From assembly GCA_964291235.2 (NCBI GenBank), contig OZ219815.1, forward strand, positions 960,001 through 1,024,000: DNA of 64,000 bases. Direction: 5' to 3'. Shown here piece after piece: positions 59,630 through 64,000 of this stretch. A program made the position numbers and the translations under genes. Under the pieces are notes generated by a model. It was not told where the DNA came from. It did not search any database and saw nothing but the letters and a program-made list of their open reading frames with translations. The first letter of the stretch is position 1, and each line of letters starts with the position of its first letter. The stretch comes from Vicinamibacteria bacterium (GTDB taxonomy: Bacteria; Acidobacteriota; Vicinamibacteria; Marinacidobacterales; Marinacidobacteraceae).

Positions 59630-59860
59630 ATGACAGCCACAGAAGACCGTTTGGTACAACTCGCCGACGAGCAACTCGATCTCGGTCGCTCGCCCGATTT
59701 GGATCGCCGCTTCTCCGACTCCGGGGTTTCCTCGGTGGACGTGGTGTCCTTCATCAAGGTCGTCACCGACGACTTCGGTGTCCCGATCACGGCCGGCGAG
59801 TGCGCGGGAGTTGCGAGCCTGCGCGACCTGGCCGGTTTCATCGATTCGCGCGCCGGCTGA
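59630..59860 (+). CDS. Stand-alone acyl carrier protein (Sup-type)
   Basis: 76 aa, acidic; DSGVSSVD Ser motif; GGAG RBS; next to the PKS. Confidence 0.85.
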   Translation: MTATEDRLVQLADEQLDLGRSPDLDRRFSDSGVSSVDVVSFIKVVTDDFGVPITAGECAGVASLRDLAGFIDSRAG

Positions 59861-59928
59861 CGCGAGCTGCGGCCCCGGCGTAGTCCGGCGCCGCGGGGTG
59901 CGCCCATGATCCCACCGAAACCCGCTCC

Positions 59929-60834
59929 GTGAGTTCGGAGGGGTTGTGGGAGGTTCCCAAGCCCCATACGGTAGCGGAGGTGCGTCTGGATGACGGGTCG
60001 GTGACCGCCCTCCGGCGGCACGGGAACCGGGAGGGGCCACGATTGGTCCTGAGCCACGGCAACGGTTTGGCCATCGATCTCTACTACCCCTTCTGGTCGC
60101 TGCTTGCCGACGATTTCGATCTCATCGTTTACGACCTGAGGAATCACGGCTGGAACGCCGTCGGCTCCCGCGAGGCCCACAGCCTCCCCAGTTTCGTCCG
60201 CGATCACGACGTGATCCTCGAGGCGACAGATCGTCACTTTGGGGCCAAGGCCAAGGTCGGAGTGTTCCACTCGGTGGCGGCGCTGACCACGTTGCTGTCG
60301 TCCGGGACCGATAGCGGTTATACGGCGCGGGTCCTGTTCGATCCGCCGGTGTGCAAACCCGGCCGCAGCCAGGCGCAGTTCGACGCCGCCGCCGAATTCA
60401 CCGCAGCCATGACCCGTCGGCGAACGGACCGATTCCGATCGGAGACCGATTTCACCGCCGTGCTGAGCGTTGCCTCCGCTTTCAGCCGGGTGGCGCCCGG
60501 CGTCCTTGAACTCATGGCCCGGACGACGCTGCGCCGGACCGCGGACGGGGTTGCGTATGAGCTTCGCTGCCCCAAGGAATACGAGGCCCAGATCGTCGAT
60601 TACGCGCGCGCGTTTTCTGTCCTGGTGGATCTGGAGGCGCTCACCTGTCCGACGAAAGTCATCGGCGCCGATCCGACCCTGCCCTATTCCTACCTGCCGA
60701 CGTTCGACATGAGCCACGTCATGACCGTGGACTACGACTTCATCCCGGAGACCACGCATTTCCTCCCGCTGGAGAATCCCGAGGCCTGTGCCGCCGCGAC
60801 CCGGGACTTCATGAGGCTGCAGAGTTCCTATTGA
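59929..60834 (+). CDS. Alpha/beta hydrolase (Sup-cluster associated)
   Basis: SHGNG, YDLRNHG, GVFHS, LFDPP, HFLPLENP. Confidence 0.85.
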   Translation: MSSEGLWEVPKPHTVAEVRLDDGSVTALRRHGNREGPRLVLSHGNGLAIDLYYPFWSLLADDFDLIVYDLRNHGWNAVGSREAHSLPSFVRDHDVILEATDRHFGAKAKVGVFHSVAALTTLLSSGTDSGYTARVLFDPPVCKPGRSQAQFDAAAEFTAAMTRRRTDRFRSETDFTAVLSVASAFSRVAPGVLELMARTTLRRTADGVAYELRCPKEYEAQIVDYARAFSVLVDLEALTCPTKVIGADPTLPYSYLPTFDMSHVMTVDYDFIPETTHFLPLENPEACAAATRDFMRLQSSY

Positions 60835-60858
60835 TCGCTGGGCAAGCCGCGCCGGGCG

Positions 60859-63800
60859 CTAACCCTCGGGATCGCGTTCCCGAAGCCAGTGACGACGATG
60901 CTGGAAGGGATACGCGGGCAGGGAAACCAGGCGGCGCTGCTCTCCGGCGAAGAGGCCGGCAAAGGACACGCCGAGCCCGGCCGCGTAAGCCTTCGCGACG
61001 GCCGTAACGAAGTCTTCGGCGCTCGCGGCGCCGGTGCCGAGGGAGGCGAGGCCCGGGCGCGCTGCGTCCGCTGCGGCCTGCGACGTTGGTTCGGCCTGTC
61101 GATCGAGCAGCGGAAGCCCGAACGCCGCGCCGGGACCGACGTTCACCACGACCCGCGCCTCCAGTTCCGAGAGCGCCTCAGCCACATCGTGGGGGCCGGA
61201 CGGATTTCCTCCCTTCGCCTCCGGAGACGTCTCCCCGGGAGTCACGAGTTGTCCGCCCGGCAAGCGTAACCAGGGAAGGACGAGTGGGGCAGTCTCGGCC
61301 GTCCCGAGCACTGATTCGAAAGCTCCGCGGTCCGGCTCCCGGGTGCTCTCCTGCCGCCCCGCACCGAGCGCTACCGCGCACCGCAGTCCGGCCTCCAGTT
61401 GCAAGGCGCCCGCGGTCTGCGCGGCAGCGAGGTTCCCGTCGCCCTCGCCGACGACCACCGCGGGCTGGACTCCAACGCTTGCCCAGAACGCGGTAATGGC
61501 GCACTGGAGCGCGTAGCGAACCGGCTCCTCCGAGGCGCGGTCCTCCTCGTTGGCTGCCCACGGTCCCCGAGGGAACATTGCCTCCAGGAGGGACATTCCG
61601 GTCTCCTCCCGCATGACCGCCTCGCAGCGGTCCAGAATTGCCCTCACCACCGGTTCGGTCTCGTAGAGGTCCCTGCTCACCACCAGCCCCGCGTCGCCTT
61701 GCCCACCGTAAGCGAACGCCAACTGCGGCGCCTCGTCCCGCGGTGGTTGCGCTGCGAATCCATCTCCCGCACAGACCGCCTCGAGTCCTCTGCGGAGCGT
61801 TGCGGCATCGCGGAAGACCAACCCGGCCCGGTGCCTGAAGTGCGCTCGTCCCGCTCCGGCAGTCCACGCCATATCGGCAAGGGCGTCGTTGTTCGGGGTG
61901 GAGCCCTGCTCGCCCTCGCCGTCGAGCCAGCCGAGGTATCGGCCGGCAAGTTCCCGAAGCGCCGCTTCCGTTTTCCCGGAGAGCGGCAGCACGCGATGGA
62001 CCCGGCGCCCGAGTTCCGCCGAGGGAATCGGGACTGAGTCCGCAATCGCGACCGGAACCTCGCGTCCCGGCCCCGCGGGCCAGCCGGCCGGCAGAGATTC
62101 GTTCGCCGCGCCGCCCGGAACCCCGTAGCCCTCGACCACCACATGGGCGTTGGTTCCCGAAACGCCGAAGGCGCTGACCGCTGCCCTCGGGGGGCGGTCC
62201 GGGACGGCGGGCCAGTCCGTGGTCTCAGAAGTCACGCGCACCGGGAGCCGATCCCAGTCGATGTAGGGTGTCGGATTCTCGAAGTGCAGGTGCTTCGGAA
62301 TGACGCGCCGGTTCATGGCCAGCACCGCCTTGATGAGCCCTGCCACCCCGGCTGCAGTTTCCAGGTGGCCGATGTTGGTCTTCACCGAACCCATGAGCAG
62401 AGGGCGATCCGGGTCGCGTCCCCTGCCGTAAACCGCGGCCGCGGCCCGAGCCTCGATCGGGTCGCCCAGCCCGGACCCGTTCCCGTGCGCCTCCAGGTAA
62501 TCCAGTTCCGAGCCGGAGAACCCGGCACGTTCGAGGGCCGCTTCGATCACCTGTTCCTGTGCCGAGCCGTTCGGCACAGTCGGTCCGGCGCTCGCCCCGT
62601 TCTGGTTCACGGCGGATCCGCGGATTACGGCCCAGATGCGATCTCCATCGGACTCTGCCTCGGCGAGGCGTTTCAGGACCAGGACGCCGCATCCTTCGCC
62701 CCGTACGAATCCGTCGGCGGCTGCGTCGAAGGTTCGGCACCGCCCCGTTGGCGACAACATCCCGAGGGCCGCCATCTCCGTCGTGACGGAGCGGGAGAGG
62801 ATCACGTTCACGCCGCCGACGAGCGCCAGGTCCGCTTCGCGCTGCCGTAGGCCACTGGCCGCCTGATGAACGGCGACCAGCGACGAGGCGCAGTTCAGTT
62901 CCACCGGCAGGGTGGGCCCCATCAGGCCCAGCTTGAAGGCGAGCCGACCCACCGCCATGCTCCTGGCCGTTCCCAGGTAACTGACCCCGTCGCGGCTTCG
63001 CATCATCAGGTCGCGGTATTCGCTGGCGGCAACGCCCGCGTAAACGCCGGTACGGCTGCCCCGGAGCCGCTCCGGATCAATCCCGGCATCTTCCAGTGCG
63101 TGCCAGCTCGTTTCCAGCAGGAGCCGCTGCTGCGGATCCATGGTGCGTGCGTCTATGGGAGTAATGCGGAAGAACCTCGCATCGAACTGATCCACGCCTT
63201 TGATGAAGCCGCCGCTCCGCCAGGCGTCACCGTTGCTTGCGTCCCCCGGAACCTCGCCTCCGGAGAGAGGCCGCTGTCCGGTGACGGCATCCCGGCCGGC
63301 TTCGAGCGCGGCCCAGAACGCCGCCAGATCGGGGGCGCCCGGGAAGTGGCAGGCCATCCCGATGATGGCGATTCGGTCTTCGGTCGGCGGTGTGGCCACC
63401 GGGGCTGAGGGTTGCGGACGCGCCTGCGCCAAACCCGTCTTCCCGGCCTCCGCGAGTTCCATGCTCAGGAACGCGGCAAGGGCGGCGATGTCCGGATGGT
63501 CGAACACCACGGTGTTCGGGGCCGAGTACTCCCCCGCGAACTCCCGGTTCAGCCGATTCCGCAGTTCGACCGCCATCAGGGAGTCCATTCCCAGATCGAA
63601 GAAACCCACCTTGGGCGCGGGAGGTTTCGGCAACCGCAAGACGGCCTGTACCTCCTGGCGGAGAAACGAGATCAGGGTTTCCTCCCGCGACTCCGCCGGG
63701 GTCTGCCGCAGTCTCGTCAGCAGGGGCTCGGCCCCGAGGCCGGGCGCGTCGCCGGCGTCCGCGTCGTTCGACAGCAGCTCCTCGAAGACAGGCGGCGGGT

Positions 63801-64000
63801 TCTCGACCGCTTCGGCGAAAGCCGCCCAGTCCGCCGCCAGCACCACGCTGGCCGCCGCGTCCTCGTGCAGCAAACGCTCGAATGCCCGCAGACCCTGCTG
63901 CGGGCTGAACCATCCCGTCCCTGTCGCCGCGAGTTGGCGGGTGATCCGCTCCCGCTGTTCTTCCGCTTCGCCGAGCCCGGACCAGGCGCCCCAGGCGATC
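60859..64000 (-). CDS. Type I PKS 3' portion, SupA-like (KR end - ACP - KS - degenerate AT); 5' end outside the window
   Basis: IAWGAWSGLGEAEEQRER (KR end), FFDLGMDSL (ACP), MDPQQRLLLE / NCASS / EAHG / KTNIGH (KS); AT motif GHSxG replaced by GEGDG. Confidence 0.9.
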   Translation of the reverse strand, partial: IAWGAWSGLGEAEEQRERITRQLAATGTGWFSPQQGLRAFERLLHEDAAASVVLAADWAAFAEAVENPPPVFEELLSNDADAGDAPGLGAEPLLTRLRQTPAESREETLISFLRQEVQAVLRLPKPPAPKVGFFDLGMDSLMAVELRNRLNREFAGEYSAPNTVVFDHPDIAALAAFLSMELAEAGKTGLAQARPQPSAPVATPPTEDRIAIIGMACHFPGAPDLAAFWAALEAGRDAVTGQRPLSGGEVPGDASNGDAWRSGGFIKGVDQFDARFFRITPIDARTMDPQQRLLLETSWHALEDAGIDPERLRGSRTGVYAGVAASEYRDLMMRSRDGVSYLGTARSMAVGRLAFKLGLMGPTLPVELNCASSLVAVHQAASGLRQREADLALVGGVNVILSRSVTTEMAALGMLSPTGRCRTFDAAADGFVRGEGCGVLVLKRLAEAESDGDRIWAVIRGSAVNQNGASAGPTVPNGSAQEQVIEAALERAGFSGSELDYLEAHGNGSGLGDPIEARAAAAVYGRGRDPDRPLLMGSVKTNIGHLETAAGVAGLIKAVLAMNRRVIPKHLHFENPTPYIDWDRLPVRVTSETTDWPAVPDRPPRAAVSAFGVSGTNAHVVVEGYGVPGGAANESLPAGWPAGPGREVPVAIADSVPIPSAELGRRVHRVLPLSGKTEAALRELAGRYLGWLDGEGEQGSTPNNDALADMAWTAGAGRAHFRHRAGLVFRDAATLRRGLEAVCAGDGFAAQPPRDEAPQLAFAYGGQGDAGLVVSRDLYETEPVVRAILDRCEAVMREETGMSLLEAMFPRGPWAANEEDRASEEPVRYALQCAITAFWASVGVQPAVVVGEGDGNLAAAQTAGALQLEAGLRCAVALGAGRQESTREPDRGAFESVLGTAETAPLVLPWLRLPGGQLVTPGETSPEAKGGNPSGPHDVAEALSELEARVVVNVGPGAAFGLPLLDRQAEPTSQAAADAARPGLASLGTGAASAEDFVTAVAKAYAAGLGVSFAGLFAGEQRRLVSLPAYPFQHRRHWLRERDPEG

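Overview
High-GC bacterial chromosomal segment. Gene content suggests an Acidobacteriota-like sponge symbiont (SupA-like PKS plus an elb-type ether-lipid cluster); this is inference, not a database result. Left to right: partial yyaL-like gene and fabH; a divergent elbBCDE-like ether-lipid operon (elbD split by a 1-nt frameshift), DAG kinase and a CDP-alcohol phosphatidyltransferase; an uncharacterised three-gene exported operon (Ig-like repeat protein, Tat-exported degenerate alkaline-phosphatase-fold protein, Tat-exported zinc-ribbon mini-protein); a TPR gene with a duplicated 3' end; a lysW-X-Y-(Ntn hydrolase)-Z-J cluster without lysK, flanked by two Cys-rich/Fe-S orphans; ino1; amidase-GerMN-rph-rdgB-tRNA Pro/Arg/His; an IS3 remnant; an arsS radical SAM operon; a peptidase/SSS transporter locus; two copies of a MITE; tRNA Arg/Lys and thiI; three tandem paralogous secreted proteins; alkaline phosphatase; a qhpADCBFE quinohemoprotein amine dehydrogenase cluster without qhpG, divergent from a Tat-exported PLP enzyme; and a Sup-type ACP, hydrolase and PKS 3' end. 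The best novelty candidates are the Ntn hydrolase possibly replacing LysK, the exported three-gene operon, the paralog triplet and the Fe-S orphan pair.
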